Shown one piece after another: positions 9,612 to 23,479 of a DNA stretch of 64,000 nucleotides. Position 1 is the stretch's first letter, and each line of letters opens with the position of its first letter. The stretch lies in assembly GCA_973851085.1 (NCBI GenBank), contig OZ316776.1, forward strand, positions 10,602,001 to 10,666,000. The letters run 5' to 3'. The DNA comes from Ptychomitrium polyphyllum. Taxonomy: Eukaryota. The position numbers and the translations under genes were made by a program. The notes below the pieces were generated by a model. It was not told where the DNA came from. It saw nothing but the letters and a program-made list of their open reading frames with translations, and did not search any database.

Positions 9612-12444
9612 ATGGCGCAAGCAACGAGAAGTCTGCAAGTGACTGCCTTGAATGGCGCATTGGCAGGTTCTTCGCTAAATATTGATACATCTGTGTCACT
9701 CAGAACCTCGAAGAAGGCCCCTAAAAGCAGGCGACCAGCACTCTCATGGAGAGTTTCTATGAAGGATGAATGTGATGCCCAAATTTCCGTTGTGGCGCCT
9801 CCTACCATCGCATCCATCATTGTGTTGGCCGATGCTAGTGTAGCTAATGCCCTCACCGCTGAAGAAGTTACTCAAGCTTATGTGAAGGTTACTTATCTGC
9901 TCGCTGAATTTGCAGTTTTCTTTCTTTTAAAAACTTGGAGTTGTATTCCATTTGATTGGAATGGTTGTGATATTTCTGTTCTGCCAAAGGATCTTGATTA
10001 CATTGTCCCTCTCATCCTACTCCTTTACGCTCTGTAACCTATAGAACACTCACAGATATCCATACTCGACTTAATATTAGTAAAAAATGGTTTATATCTT
10101 AGAACAGTGAGTCTCGTAATTTTCAGTGGTTATAACTACCACCATCTATTACATACGCCATTTCTTACTCAATATATACAAAATCTGATCAGTCATGGCA
10201 TATTAATCTGCCTCAATTGCTTTGAAAGCTTTCAGTCTAATTGTAAATTAGTAATGAAATCCGTTTGTACCACGTCTCTAAATCCACTTCCTATCTCAAC
10301 CCGATAGTCTTTAGTCTCTTTTCGCTTTAGTGTTGACACTATTGCTGAGAGGATTTGGCTTTTATAACTGTCTACCCTGCTTGAACATACTGTATCCATC
10401 AGGCCAGTTCGTTGTAAGTTGTTACGGGTATACAACGTCAGCTAGAGGTACTGTGCTTCTTTAAAGAAGACGTGCAGAGTTCTCCACTCCTATGAATTAG
10501 GTACCGTTAGCTGATAATGAAAAAATTCTGCACATTTATAATTTCTTCGCTGTTGTCTACTGTATCGTGGAAAGTGATAACAAGGATTTTTCAACCTGTT
10601 TTTCTTCAGGTGCAATCTGCCGCTTCGCAAGTGTCCAATGCTGCAAGCGAAACATTTGACGTAGCGAAGAATGTCTTCGGGCAAGTTATATACACTGTGA
10701 AGCCCGCTGTGAATGCTGTGACTCCATATGCCAAACTGTGTGCGGACTTCGTATACAAGACTTTGTTTCCCTTTGCAACTGATCTCGAGAAGCAGGCTGA
10801 GAAGGCCCTCCAGAGCAGTGGCATTGATACCAGGCCTGTATTAGATGCGGCCAAGGTAATGTAGAGAACTCAAAATCCTTTTTAATATCATTCTAGCACT
10901 TCTTGCAACTACATTTTGAAGCTGACCACACAATGTCACCTAAGTCTATATTCCGAATCCCAGGATGATTCCTGTCCACATGAAGAATGGCCGTTGCTGA
11001 TGGGATTTTTCCTTGTATTTTGTTTATGCCTTATGTTTCTCTCGTCAATGTGGTTTACTTGTGGAATGCACTGATCCAAGTCTTACGATGATTTACAGAC
11101 AGCTGCCTTCGCAGCAGGTGAGGTGGGAAAATACGTCGAAGGAGCGCAGCCATCAATTTCAAGTACTGTTCAAAACGTTTTATCCTCGGATCCCATCGTG
11201 TTGGCCACTGGTGCCGGAGCCTTGCTGCTTCTGTACCTGATAGCCCCTCCTCTGCTCTCCAGCATCGCCCATGCTGCTCGCGGTTTCAAGGGTAAATTTT
11301 CCAAAGCCAGGGCTTATTATCTGTACCCCGATCTGAATTTGTGCTTTGTCTGCCAGCTTCTCGATTTATTTCAGAGAGGTGTATTGGAGATCCCTACGTA
11401 CACGGAGCTTGTTGATAAGGAGAAGCACATTGGCAAGTGCGAAAGGTGCTTAGCAACTAGTTAGTATTGCTTTAGACCCGGTACTTAAATTGCACACAGT
11501 CGTGCTTGTTGAAGTGGGCATTGTCTTGGCTGGAAGAGACTTTACTATTCGGGTGGGACATGTAGGTGAATTTACAGCACCTCAGGCTCTTGATCTCTTG
11601 TCGAAGGAAGACTACATTCTCATTGACGTACGAAGTGAAAAGGAAAAGGCCCAGGCTGGTATCCCAAGTCTGCCTAGAAATGCCAAGAACAAGTTCCTCC
11701 CTATTCCGTGAGTTACCCTTTATTTCATTTAGAAATGACCGAGAACTCCTCCACGGAGCAGAAGAAATACCATTAAATTTGAATAGAATGCTCGTGTAGG
11801 AATGCATTTTAAGATATAGTGATAAATCAGTGTAGTTTCTACTTCCCAAGGAGTAGAAATTTTAATGTCACATGCTGATTTATGAGTTCGGCCTGGAATC
11901 AGAGTTGAGGAGTTGCCAGGAAAGGTGAGGGGTCAACTACGTAACATTCGCAAGGTTGAAGCTGAGATTGCTGCGCTCAAGATTTCATCTCTGAAGAGAA
12001 TTAACAAGGGCTCCAGGCTTTTCATCATTGACTCGTAAGACTTTCGCTTCTCAGCTTCTTATACTTGAGTGCTCGAATCGTGACAGAAAAACGCAAGAGT
12101 CAGTTCTGCTCATTACCTAGGTTCATCAGTCACTAATCTTATCTAGTCCTTCCTTTGGTTGTGTCACATTTGACCATTTGCACGAGAACTTATTTACGAA
12201 GACTAAACTGTTCCAATTTTGTAAACTTCTTAGGAACGGAGACGTTGCCAAGACAATAGCAAGGACACTCTCTGGATTAGGCTTCAAAAACACTTGGGTG
12301 ATCACTGACGGTTTCGATGGAGGAAGGGGCTGGGTGCAAAGCAGGCTTGCCACAGAGTCTTGGGGCATCTCCTTCACCGAAATCCTCTCTCCTTCTCGTA
12401 TCATCTCTTCAGGTACAAATTTTTTGCAATCTGGAAGTGATTGA
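9612..12444 (+). CDS. CAS: Chloroplast calcium-sensing receptor (thylakoid, rhodanese-like domain). Predicted exons 9612-9887, 10610-10855, 11099-11291, 11566-11707, 11903-12034, 12234-12444
   Basis: Ser/Ala-rich transit peptide, 'ALQSSGIDTRPVLDAAK', hydrophobic helix 'ATGAGALLLLYLIAPPLL', rhodanese-like 'LIDVRSEKEKAQAGIPSLP', 'KVEAEIAALKIS', 'GFDGGRGWVQSRL' and C-terminal 'LSPSRII'. GT-AG sites join in frame. Confidence 0.9.
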
Positions 12445-15400
12445 TCATAGAGGGTCATTTGCAGTAGTGGACAACATCAGTAGGTAAACGAAGTTAAGAT
12501 TCAAAACGTATCCCCTTACATCACTGTGACGATTAGATTCATTTCGACAGCAAAAAACATTGTTTTAGCACCTATTTTGGTGCAATGGAGAGCTAGGTTT
12601 CAACTCAACGGAACGTAGGCATTTCAACATAAGAGTACCGTACGGTCTCTGAATGGGGAACACCCGCGCTTGTAATCTGTTCCTGCTGATTTAACACAGT
12701 AAGCATGAGACCATTACCCTGACTTTGACATTGAATGCATGTTCCGATTTTTTTCCCCCAAAACTTTGCAAATTATGCAGTACCATACTACCTTGCCATT
12801 AAGAGCACAAAAAATTACAAATGGGCACATGAGAGTAAAAGTTATTTATCTTCAAAGTGAAGAAAACTCATTCAACAGTAATCTCCCGAATAAAGACTAG
12901 CACAAAGTTTGATCTCATCAGCCATATATCAAATTGCCAATCTAAATAAGAAGTCGTTTTCCGACCGCCCGGATCTATGTTTCCAAGATGTTGTCCAAGA
13001 GGCACTCAACTAGTTTATGCTGCTGCACAGCTGAACAATCTGCACTTGCACTGGTATTCTGATACATACAGTACATAAATTGCGTAGCTCAATTAAAGAA
13101 CTCGATTCGATTGCCCTTAGAGCGCTTGTGGTTCACAAAAAATCTTGGTGGAATTTACAAAATGAAATAACTGAAATGGTTGTGCACTGTTCCATCCGAA
13201 CTAGGAACAGCCCGCTGATAGACTGTAGCAGGGGTGAATCATAGAGTTGAAAGCAAGGCTACTAGGCTAGGACTACTCCGTCTCCAACCTCAACTAAGCC
13301 ATTGCTGAAGCTGTTGCCTCGCTTCTTCCTAGAGTTCATTTTTGTATATTTTGGTGAGTTGTTGAAGGAGACGGTTGCAAGGGCGTTATGGAGAGCATTG
13401 CGAAGCAACACTCGGCGGTTCGCAGGTAAGCATCTCTGGTTCCGCCTGTGTCAGTGCTATATTGTTGTCGATCAATTGAGAACTTGTTATGCTTGGTTTC
13501 AAGTTGCTACTTGACGAAGTCCGTTTATCTGCAACAAGACACATCTCTCTGTTGGGCCTGTTGCGGGGTTATTTTCTGTGGGAAGCGGTTTGGACAAGTC
13601 TAGAAAAATGGATTATTTTTTCTTCAACTGGTTTTGAAGCGCGCACTTGCATCGTTGCAATCAAATTTGGGTGGGTGGAGTTTACCTCACTGTTCCCACA
13701 TTCATTCAACATGTCTCGCCCTGCTCACAGACTTCTTGGAAACTGGAATGCTGGAACCCTCGATTTCTCTCGCACTAGAGCAGATCCAGGTAGTGGGAAG
13801 CTAGCTATTGGAGTTTGTGCTTGCATTTCCAATGTTGACTGATTTGTGTACACCCTCGGCGCGTTGAAGGACTTTCTAGCGCATCGTCGACTCTGCAGAG
13901 CGAAGCAAGTTTGTTCACCACCGGTATTTCAAATGCAATTACCATGGCAAGCTCTCAAGTCGTAAAGTTAGTTTGACTGACGAGGAAGACAATGATCGGA
14001 TGGGAATGTCACCACATGGTTGCATTCCATGGAATCATCGGACTGCGCAGTTGCCATGGCGAACACAGGCCCAGGTTGCGAGACGCAAGAACCTGGCATC
14101 TCCGAACAACACTTCACAGCCCCATCATCTGCAGCATGGCCACTCTGTTCGCACTCAAGACATGGTGGAAAAGTACAGAGGCCAGTTCGGCACTTCGAGA
14201 TGCCGAGGCTGATATCGCCACGTCGAACATGACCTGAAGCGACGTTAATCTCATAACTTCGGAGACACAACAGTCGGCAGAGGTGAACTGCGAATACTGG
14301 GAGACGAGACTGTCTTTCAGCAAATTCCTGAGTTTCATGAAGGACTCCATCTGCGTTTCATGACGGATTCTCTCTGAGTTTGCTTCAGGGTTTGCTGCTA
14401 CTTTCGGGTCCGGTCGTACTCCGTAGGTGGTGAAGGTGTTCCAGGGTGACAGTGTCGTTCAACATCAGTGGCCTCCTGCTTTCTTGCAGCATGCGCAGTG
14501 TGATGACCCGGATTCAGCATACTTGCCATTGCATATATCCAGGCAACAATGATGTTGGCAGATGAGAGGTTGGGGTGCCACCGTAGATTTGCATTTGTCA
14601 TGCGGAGCGGGTGGGGAGACTTGTGCAACAATCACGGCCTACAATCTAGTGATCAAGTGGGAGATTTGTGCAAGACTATCCATCTTGTGGATTCTGAGCG
14701 GGTTGCACAAGTAATGTTTGGTGATTTTACAAAAGGATCTCAAAGCAGAAACCGTGCTTATGTAGATGTATGATATAGTTAGAGGACTAGAATTGGATGA
14801 GCATGGAGGATTCATAGCACAAGTAATTGATTATGATTATGAGCGCTCATAGGAGTGACTTAAGGGAGGTATTGAGAACTTTGAGGGTGCTTGAGGTTCT
14901 TCAACAATTGAAAGATATGGATTGCAGGTCCAAATTGAAATTTATATAAAAATGTGATGTGTACAATTATGACATGACATGTTATAGATTTGTAATACAG
15001 TACATTCCATCTAAGGAGGATTGTGATTTTGTATGGAGTGGGATGAAATCTTAATTTTTGAAAAATTTATAATTATGGTTAAAGAGATGATTATAAGCTA
15101 TTGGCATGGCTCTACTTTAAAAAGACTTAATTTGAAAGTGGTAGAAAAGAAGCTAGACATTGCTTGCTCCTTCTTTGGTATTAAAATTGAATTTGTTGAA
15201 AACTTGTTTTAAAAACAAAATAAAAATATTTTCTTTCAATTGATTAGCAGACATTGTATAATGATAGTTGTAGTTTCTTGTGCTTTCATTATAGGTTTGA
15301 TGTACAAGAGTTGTAAATTTGAATTTAAAACCTTTACAGTTTGATTATGATATGTAATTGGCATTTGATTTTGTTTCCTCTTATAAAAAAGTATCACCTT

Positions 15401-17064
15401 TTTGAAATTTAAATCAGATATGGTGGTTTATGATACTAATCAATTTCTAGTGTTTGGCATAAGAGAACAAGCTTTATTCTAAATTATTTGAATATCAACT
15501 AAAATTTGAGACGTTCTTATTAATGCTAATAAAAATCAAATATCATTTAAGCTTTTTTTTTTTTAATCTAAAAAAATAGTTTAAATCATAATATTCATTA
15601 TAATGGGACAAAACAATAATTTTGGAACTATTGTAATTTGTATAAATTCAACTCAAATCAAGTTGAAATAAATTTCTCATTTAAGTACAAATTAAGTGGC
15701 TTTTATTACTGTGGTTCATCTTTTAGCAAAAAACTTGTTATATAATTTCAAAAACATAACAATCATCGTTAATAAATTTAACCTCTTTTAAATCTATTTC
15801 ATATTTGAGATTATTTTACAACATTTGAATTTTTTATTTTAATGTTTATGATGGTTTGTACGTTTTATTTTTACCATTGTATATTAATTCTTTCCTTGAA
15901 TAATATATCATTTTACAAATCTATATAACAATCTTTATTTTTTTTAAATTGCATCAACATATATATAAAAACAAAACAATGGAACAACTTTGAATATCTA
16001 AGTAACCTTAGATTTTTAGTTATATGAAGTGAAGATTAATCCAATAAACTTTTAATCCAAATCTATGCTTTAAAATTGTAAAAGTAAGAACTTTTTGAAA
16101 TTGATTTATATAAATAAGCATGTTTTAAGGACATAACATGTATGCATGTTAGTTTATAAACGTTTACTTTAAAAGGTACTTTATCCATTGTAAACTACAA
16201 CAAATAAGCAATAAGTTGTATTATGATATGTTTTAATTACCAATTATTTTTCTTTCTTGTACCACCATGCTTAAAGGCCTAATTATCAACATTCAAATAT
16301 AATTTACAACAAATCACTTTTCATATTGGTAGATTTCTATAAACAACTATTGAAGTTAAATTAAATTAATAGCAATTGATTTGAAACATTTTTTTCAACA
16401 AAAAGCCTAGAAATTAACATTAAGCCTAAAAATCATATTATTACTATTATAATAGGATTCAAGATTACAATTTATAAAATATTAATTAATAAATTGCATG
16501 ACTAACTCCAATTACTCTTTTATTATATCAAATAATCAATTAAAAGCATTACCATTGGCAAATCACTAGCCCTTGTTTGTTTTATAACAATGTAATCCTA
16601 GAACTTCTTTACATTTTTTTCAAAAAATGTGCAATAAACCTCATTTTATAAATTATGCCAAATTTTTTATATATGTTGCAAAACTTGGAATTATTTATAA
16701 AATAAAGCCATCCTAAATGAAGCCCTATACTTCCAATTTATTTTATAAGTTATATTTTCATTTTTAATTCCAAAAAAAATTCTTTTACAAATTACTACTA
16801 CAAAAATTTGAGCTTTATAACAAACACATACATAAAACATCAAGCATATACATGCATACATACATGTATATGCTTAAGATAATTTAGCAATAAGACATTT
16901 TTCCAAATTTTTTTTATTAATTTTTTTTTCATTCTTAGATGATTCAATAGTTCTCTTAATAGCTTCAAAATAATCTCTCTTTTCCTAATAGTTATGAAGA
17001 TCTTTCAAATATTATTTGCTCCTTCCTTCAATCTCAAATAAGTTTCAGATGGTCCAATTTCTTA

Positions 17065-17380
17065 TTTTTTCTACTATAATTTACTCCTGTATTCTCTTCT
17101 TTAGTAAGTTCAATAGTTCCTTCTCTTCTACAATCCACTCTTTCTTCTATCCTCGAATATGGTTCAGGTGCTCCTTTTCTACTATGATTTACTCTTACAT
17201 TACATTCTTACTAACTCTAGTTGCTTCTTCTCTCCAATGATTCACCTTACATTACATTCTTTGAAAAGTTCAGCAATTCCTTCTATATGATAATTCACTC
17301 CTATGTTATATTTTCTAGTAATGCCAGTCACTCCTTGTTTTACTATGATTCACTCCTACATTCTTCTCTAGTAAGTACCT
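17065..17380 (+). repeat. Degenerate minisatellite, about 54-56 bp period, about 6 copies
   Basis: Recurring core resembling ctactatgattcactcctacattc near 17071, 17127, 17179, 17232, 17286 and 17341. Confidence 0.6.
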
Positions 17381-17504
17381 TCTAGTAAGTGCTTTTGAGT
17401 AAATGATTCACGTCTGTCCTTTGTTCTCAAATACGATTCAGTGTAGTCGGAGGATGGAGGAAGAACAGTGAATTCATGGCAACCACATAAAAAGAATTTT
17501 TTTT

Positions 17505-17805
17505 GAAAAAAAAAGAAGAAGAGAAGAGAAGAGCAAAGAAGAGAAGAGAAGAGAAGAAAAGAGAAAAGAAAAGAAAAAGAGAAGAGAAGAGCAGAGAAAA
17601 GAAAAGAAAGGAAAAGAAGAGAAGAGCAAGGGAAAGAAGAGAAAAGAAGAGAAAAGTAAAGAAAAGAACAAAGGAAAAGCAAAGCAAAGCAGAGAGAAGA
17701 AAAGGAGAGAAGAGGAAGAAAAGAAGAGGTAAGAAGAGAAGAGGAAAGAAGAGAAGCGAGAAGGAAAAAAGAGAGAAGAAAAAAAGAGAGAAGAAAAGAA
17801 GAGGG
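17505..17805 (+). repeat. About 300-bp polypurine (AAG/AAGAG/AAAAG) low-complexity tract
   Basis: The + strand is almost entirely A/G. This produces the spurious K/R/E-rich and F/S/L-rich ORFs in the track. Confidence 0.9.
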
Positions 17806-17881
17806 CAGTGCCAGAGGGGGGCCGTGGGTGCAGGGGGGAGGGCCACGTGTGCCTAGGGGAACGACGCCGCGGAAGACTGGA

Positions 17882-17947
17882 ATGGTGATGGTGATGATGA
17901 TGGTGATGGAGTGGTGACGGAGAAGGTCGTCGTCGTCGTCGTCGTCG
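17882..17947 (+). repeat. Compound trinucleotide microsatellite (GAT/GGT)n plus (GTC)n
   Basis: atggtgatggtgatgatgatggtgatgg ... gtcgtcgtcgtcgtcgtcgtcg. Confidence 0.8.
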
Positions 17948-18497
17948 AGAGATGGCCAACAGAGGATGGGGCAATCTGCCATGCAGAGGAGGCGACATGC
18001 ATGCACAGGGGAGCGCACTCACTCACATTGATCGCTTCGAGGGAAGGAACAAGCATTGCACAGCTGCTGTGGCTGATTGACTGGAGAACGCTCAAGCAGG
18101 AGATGAGGGAGGTGCGGACTTCTCTCGTCGGCTGTCTTGCTTCGTGGCGTGGATCTTTCCACTTCTGTGTTCAAGCTAGAAAGTGGAGTTTTGTGGATGG
18201 GACGTTGAGGTGATGAGGGAATTGGGGTTGTGGAGTTCCCGGAAAGTGGGTATGGTGGTGTGAGGTCAACAAGCGGAAGACGAGGATGAGGTGGGATGTT
18301 GGATGATGCGGTCGGTGATTGAGGGTCAGTGGTGCCCTAGATTCTGTGGGGAGGGAGGGTTTGGGTCGTGGTTGGGATGTGGAGGAGAAGGACTTGAATT
18401 GGAGATGAGCAGGCGGTAAGAAAGCGTGAGTGGAAGGGAGGCAAGGGAAGGGAAGGGAAGGGAGGGCAGCGTGGAGGGCAGGCAGGGTGGAGCCAGG

Positions 18498-21400
18498 ATG
18501 CCGAAGGAGGTCGTGTTCGTTGCGCTTCGGCGATGGGGAGCTGCAGCGAAACCTGGAAGCCGAACTCTGACGACATGCAGAGCTGTCGTCTTGCCTCGAT
18601 TTGGAGGCCCCGAGGTAGCCTCTGGCCTTCTCTTCTTGTTAGCCGATTCCAGGGTATGCATATGGTTCGTCCGTTGTTCGTTTTCGGAATGTCTTTGGAT
18701 TTGAATGTGTTTCTCCAGTGCAATCTTGGCTTGCCTGTGGCGAGTGTTGCATCGAAGTATGTAGGATTGTTCAAGTATTCAAGCGTTCAAGTGGTTTGCG
18801 ATCTGGGTTTCTTTTGCTCTTCATGAGCTGGTCATGAGTTGTGAGCATTACTATGTGCGATGGCTCTGGAGGTCGATCTCTTTGGGAATCGATTGGGGAA
18901 TTTTAGCAGGGTTTTTTTGTTCCCTGAAAATATGTGAATCATGATTGACTAGAATAGATTTCAGTGCATGCATTCTTGTTGTGGAGATTCTTGTGATTTT
19001 AGCGTTGAATTGCAACCGAGTCGGTACTAATAGCTCGAAGTGAACTCCAGGTTTGACTTCGGAGCTTGTAAAATACTCTCTGAACGTGGGTCTTTGTATT
19101 TGTTTAGTACGTTTTATACTTTTTTTGTATCACTTTCTATTCATGTGCTTGGCAGGTCCTTGAGGTGCGGGATGATTCGAGACTTCCAGACTTGTGTGCA
19201 TCTGATGTATTGGTGCGCACACATGCAGTGGGCGTCAATCCATTGGATATGCGGGTATGCTTTGTTTGCTTCAGTTCCTTAAATGCTATTGCTTAGAACC
19301 GACTCAGTTTCCAGTCTCCGGATTGAAGGGATATCGTTCATGATTTTTCGCGATTCTTGTATGTCTGCATTAGTTGGTTGTTTTGACGCTTGTTTAACAG
19401 TCAGTTATGAATTTTGGATTGACCCATACTGCTTAAATTCACGATCCTAACGTAACTGTCTTTTAATTGTCTCTTGTGGGATGTAGATGAGGGAAGGGTA
19501 TGGTCGGTCATTGTTTGAGTCTCTCTTACCACTTGTCCTGGGGCGGGACGTGAGTGGAGAAGTCACGGCGGTAGGGAGCAGCGTGAGGCATTTTCATATA
19601 GGGGACCAAGTGTTTGGGGCATTACATCCAACTGCAACCCGTGGAACGTACAGTGAATACGCAATTCTTGGGGAAGAACAGCTGGCTCCGAAGCCTGAGT
19701 CACTTTCTCATACTGTAAGTGAAACAACCCTCCGTTCTCCTTTGTAACATATTGCCTCATATTTTTCTTCCTATGAATGCTGATAATTTATGTATGCCGT
19801 ATGCAAGGGTCAGATTGAACACGTTTCTATTGAATGATTATTTAAATTGGGAAAGAAGGATTCAACGCTTGAGAAAGATTATGAAAAATTCCACATCGAT
19901 TGTAGAAGCTTATCTGCACCATTCTCTCCCTTTACACAGCTTTCAGTAACCTTATTAATTCGACAGTTTAGCACAAGTAGAACTAGACCCTCATTGTTGG
20001 GGGCATTTTACAGAATCACGATGATGGGACAGCAACTTTGGGTGAAATTATCGTGGGTGATGTATTCAAGTACATTTAGAATTGGTACGAAGAACCTGCA
20101 TTGCATCGTATTGTTGTGTAGATTGTCGAGTCTGGGCTATTCTGACTCTTTGGTTACATCCAGGACGCTGCTGCTATTCCATTTGCTTCGCTTACGGCTT
20201 GGAGAGCTTTGAAGAGCACGGCGAATATTCAAAAGGGGTATATTTTTCCTCCTGAGAACAGCACAATGGAGATGAGATTCCACGTATAGAGTTCTTTTAG
20301 AATATTATAAGTTGGAGAGCTTGGAAGTTGGTATAAATGCAGGTCCTGTTTTAAACTTAGATTAGCAAAGAATAGTTGTGAAAACTGTACGAATTTTAAA
20401 AAGTTTGTTATTGATCTCTTGACAATAATGCTGCAGGCAGAAAGTCCTGATAATGGGAGGCGGAGGAGCGGTTGGCCTTGCTGCGATCTATATAGCCAAA
20501 GCTGCAGGGTGTTATGTTGCCTGCACATGTGGCAAGAGGAGTATGGAGAAAGTAAAGGAAGCAGGCGCTGAGGAAGCTGTTGATTACGCTTCTTTGGTAA
20601 GTTCAAACGGCAGTAATTTTCTTCTGGAGTTGAGAATGTGGAGGCTAGGAGATGCATGATAGATGAGTAGGAGATGGATTTTAGTAAATGTTATTGCGGA
20701 ATCTTCCTCCTAGTCTTGATTGTTGGTATCTGTTGATTATTTTCTTTGTGGAAGCAACAGCCATTCAGGCCATTTTTGACATCGCTGTTTGAATTTCACA
20801 CAGAAAGAGATGATTTGAACTTCCTCGTGTATTAGTGGACATTTCGTAATTGTGGGTTTTGATGTTGCCGGTTATAGAATTTGAAGGATCAATTTCGAGA
20901 GAAGTTTGATGTTGTCCTAGATACAATTGGCATGCCAGAGACTGAAGCTTCTGGAATCTACCTTCTGCGACGAGGTGGACAATATATGACTCTGCAGGTA
21001 TCCTATTTTACGTCCTTGTGTAACACCTTACAATTTGCGATGCTTTTTAGGTTTGATTTTGTTTGATGCGGTTTGCATCAACGGACAGCTTTGGGTTGCA
21101 GGCATGTTTTGATAGGCATCCTGCCGACTTAGACAAACAGGCACCGGGTGAATCTGTACACTGACCACTCTGCAGGTATAAGAGAAATGAAGGTGAGTCT
21201 TTTGTAAACTTGGGGACAGTAGTGTTCTAAAATCTTGCATTTATTGCAGGGAGAAACAGTAACGTACACCGATAAGTATGGTCTCATTGCAGGAGGTGCT
21301 GCTGCAGCTGCTGTATTGCTGCAGAAGCAGATGAAGTATAGGCAATCACATGGAGTTGGTTAGTTCATCACATCTTTTTTCAATAGCTAAAGTCTTAATT

Positions 21401-21750
21401 TGCTGCAACTCTGCTGTAATCTTGCTGTTGCATGCTCTCCTTGTCATTTGGATTTGTGTTGACTCCAAGTTCTGGAGTTGTTCTGGATTTCAAAATAATC
21501 TGGAGTTTTTATGGTAATGGTGGCGAGAATATGGTTTTCTTTCCGTGTGCTAGAGTATTGGTGGCCCATTATGCGAACAGATGCAGAGGGCTTGGAGGAG
21601 ATTTGCAGACTGGCAGCAGATGGACGTCTTAAAATACCCGTAGGGCAGACTTTCCCATTAGAGATGGCGGCAGAAGCTCATAGAGCAAGGGATGGCAAGA
21701 ATGCTGGTGGCAAAGTTGTTCTAGAAGTGGATCAGAAGCCAAATTTTTAA
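18498..21750 (+). CDS. RTN4IP1: Reticulon-4-interacting protein 1-like mitochondrial NADPH:quinone oxidoreductase (MDR/QOR family). Predicted exons approximately 18498-18614, 19156-19254, 19487-19714, 20164-20237, 20437-20596, 20878-20997, 21250-21358, 21554-21750
   Basis: 'CRAVVLPRFGGPEVL', 'AVGVNPLDMRMREGYGRSLF', 'LGRDVSGEV', 'AAAIPFASLTAWRAL', nucleotide-binding 'GGGGAVG' and C-terminal 'GGKVVLE'. The start ATG is inferred. Confidence 0.87.
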
Positions 21751-23102
21751 TGTAGAAGTACTATGCCAACGTCATGTGATGCAGGCGTTTTGGGTCCACC
21801 TTCAAGATGTAGAGTTATTAGTTTCAAGAGGGATATGATGTTTCTCTTGCTTTAGATGACGTTATCAATACTTAGGATCTGATACATCCTATGCCTTGTA
21901 TGCCCAAGTCTTGATACGGTTTAACAGATCTTTAACATATCCTTATCATTGTGTAGACGTTTCAAAACTAGTTAGAGCTCTATACTTCAAGAACTTCTGT
22001 GCGCATCTACCATGGTTGTCACCAATTTTGCATACTTTAGCCTTATCTTTTCTAATGCGGAATGTCGCTGACTACATCAATGGCTACTCTTCAAACCTGG
22101 TCTGTTTGATATTTTTCACCACCAACATAAGTGAAGGAAATGAGTGCGACAAAATTTGAGCAAAGAGGATCTGTTGCATCTGAGGACTGTTGGGATACTG
22201 TAACTGTCACAACTGAGTACAAATATTGTACATTTGCCTTCAAATGTCTTCGCAACGAGCATAAACAAATAGGACATATAAGTGAAAACATAAAAGTTGT
22301 AGTATATAAGTTCTTCATCCCAGAGTGCAAGTAAATAAATTTCGAAGCTAGCAGCCATTCAAAAATTTAGTTATGATCATCCAGCAAAACATTACAAAAT
22401 TATTTAAAAAGTCATCTCAAATGTACATTTGCATGTTTTCATCAATCGTTTAAGATCCATCTTCATTAGTACTGCAAAAAGCAAACATACACATACTTAA
22501 AAATTATACAAACTAGAAGGAATCATTTACATGATTTTCGAGGTTCTTAACGAAACGTTATCCACAATCACAAATATTCCATGTGTTGCAAAACAACCCT
22601 TCTTGCATCTTATTGACCTTGCATTTGAAACACTCGTTATACTCAACAACCTAATAAATCGTATTAATAAATTGTCCAGAAGTATCATGTCATGGCTTTT
22701 CTTCATTCCACTTGTGTTGAAGTTATTTTGCACAGTCAGTCCTTTTAAGCACGACATCAGATGCACTTATACAAGCTTACAATGGTCTGCATGCTGTACT
22801 TTATCCTCATCATATGAAAATGAATATCATGGTTTATCCTCATCATGTCAATATTAATATCTATAACTAAAAGTCTGGTCGCACAAAGATGTCATGTAAT
22901 CAAGGTTGTCGCATGATGGAGGATGAGGAGATTACAGTGCAGTTCCCACAGAGGAGCTCTGGCTCTCCAACTCCACTGGATTCTCAAAAGACCAGGAAGA
23001 GTGAGAGCCGAGGGGACTATAGTTCTTGAGGATGGAAATGCACCAACTTTAGTACAGCACTTGCATCTCTGCTAGTTTCTGAATGTCCATGTAACAGTGC
23101 AG

Positions 23103-23118
23103 TTTAGGGTTTAGGGTT
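23103..23118 (+). promoter_or_regulatory. Double telomere-type repeat (TTTAGGG)2 / telo-box upstream of the NYN gene
   Basis: tttagggtttagggtt; the reverse strand contains AAACCCTA. Function here is not demonstrated. Confidence 0.4.
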
Positions 23119-23479
23119 TTACACGGAGCAGGGGGAGGGCTCATGTAGGAAGATAAGGCAGGAGGATGGTGGATTGAAGATTGGGGAGTGCAGGACTCTG
23201 GAGCGGCAGTAAAAGATTCTTTTACAGTTTTTCGTTGTTGTGGAAGGACGGCGCAGGCAATGGTGAGTTTTGTCTCAGGTTAGCGTAGTTCGACGCCCAT
23301 GGAATTGCGAGAGAATGTGTTGGATTAGTGGGGGATGGAAAGACAGGATTTGTAGCCTCACAGCAGTTTGTTTTATTCTGGTCTCTCGGAGGTGACGTTT
23401 GGAATGAGGACTTGGCTGTCAGACCGGCGCTTGTACTGGAGATGATTCGGGTCGCAGGTTGCGACTTAATTTGAGAGCG

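Noticed and set aside
17368..18022. K/R/E-rich and F/S/L-rich ORFs
   Set aside because: Translations of the polypurine tract and triplet repeats.
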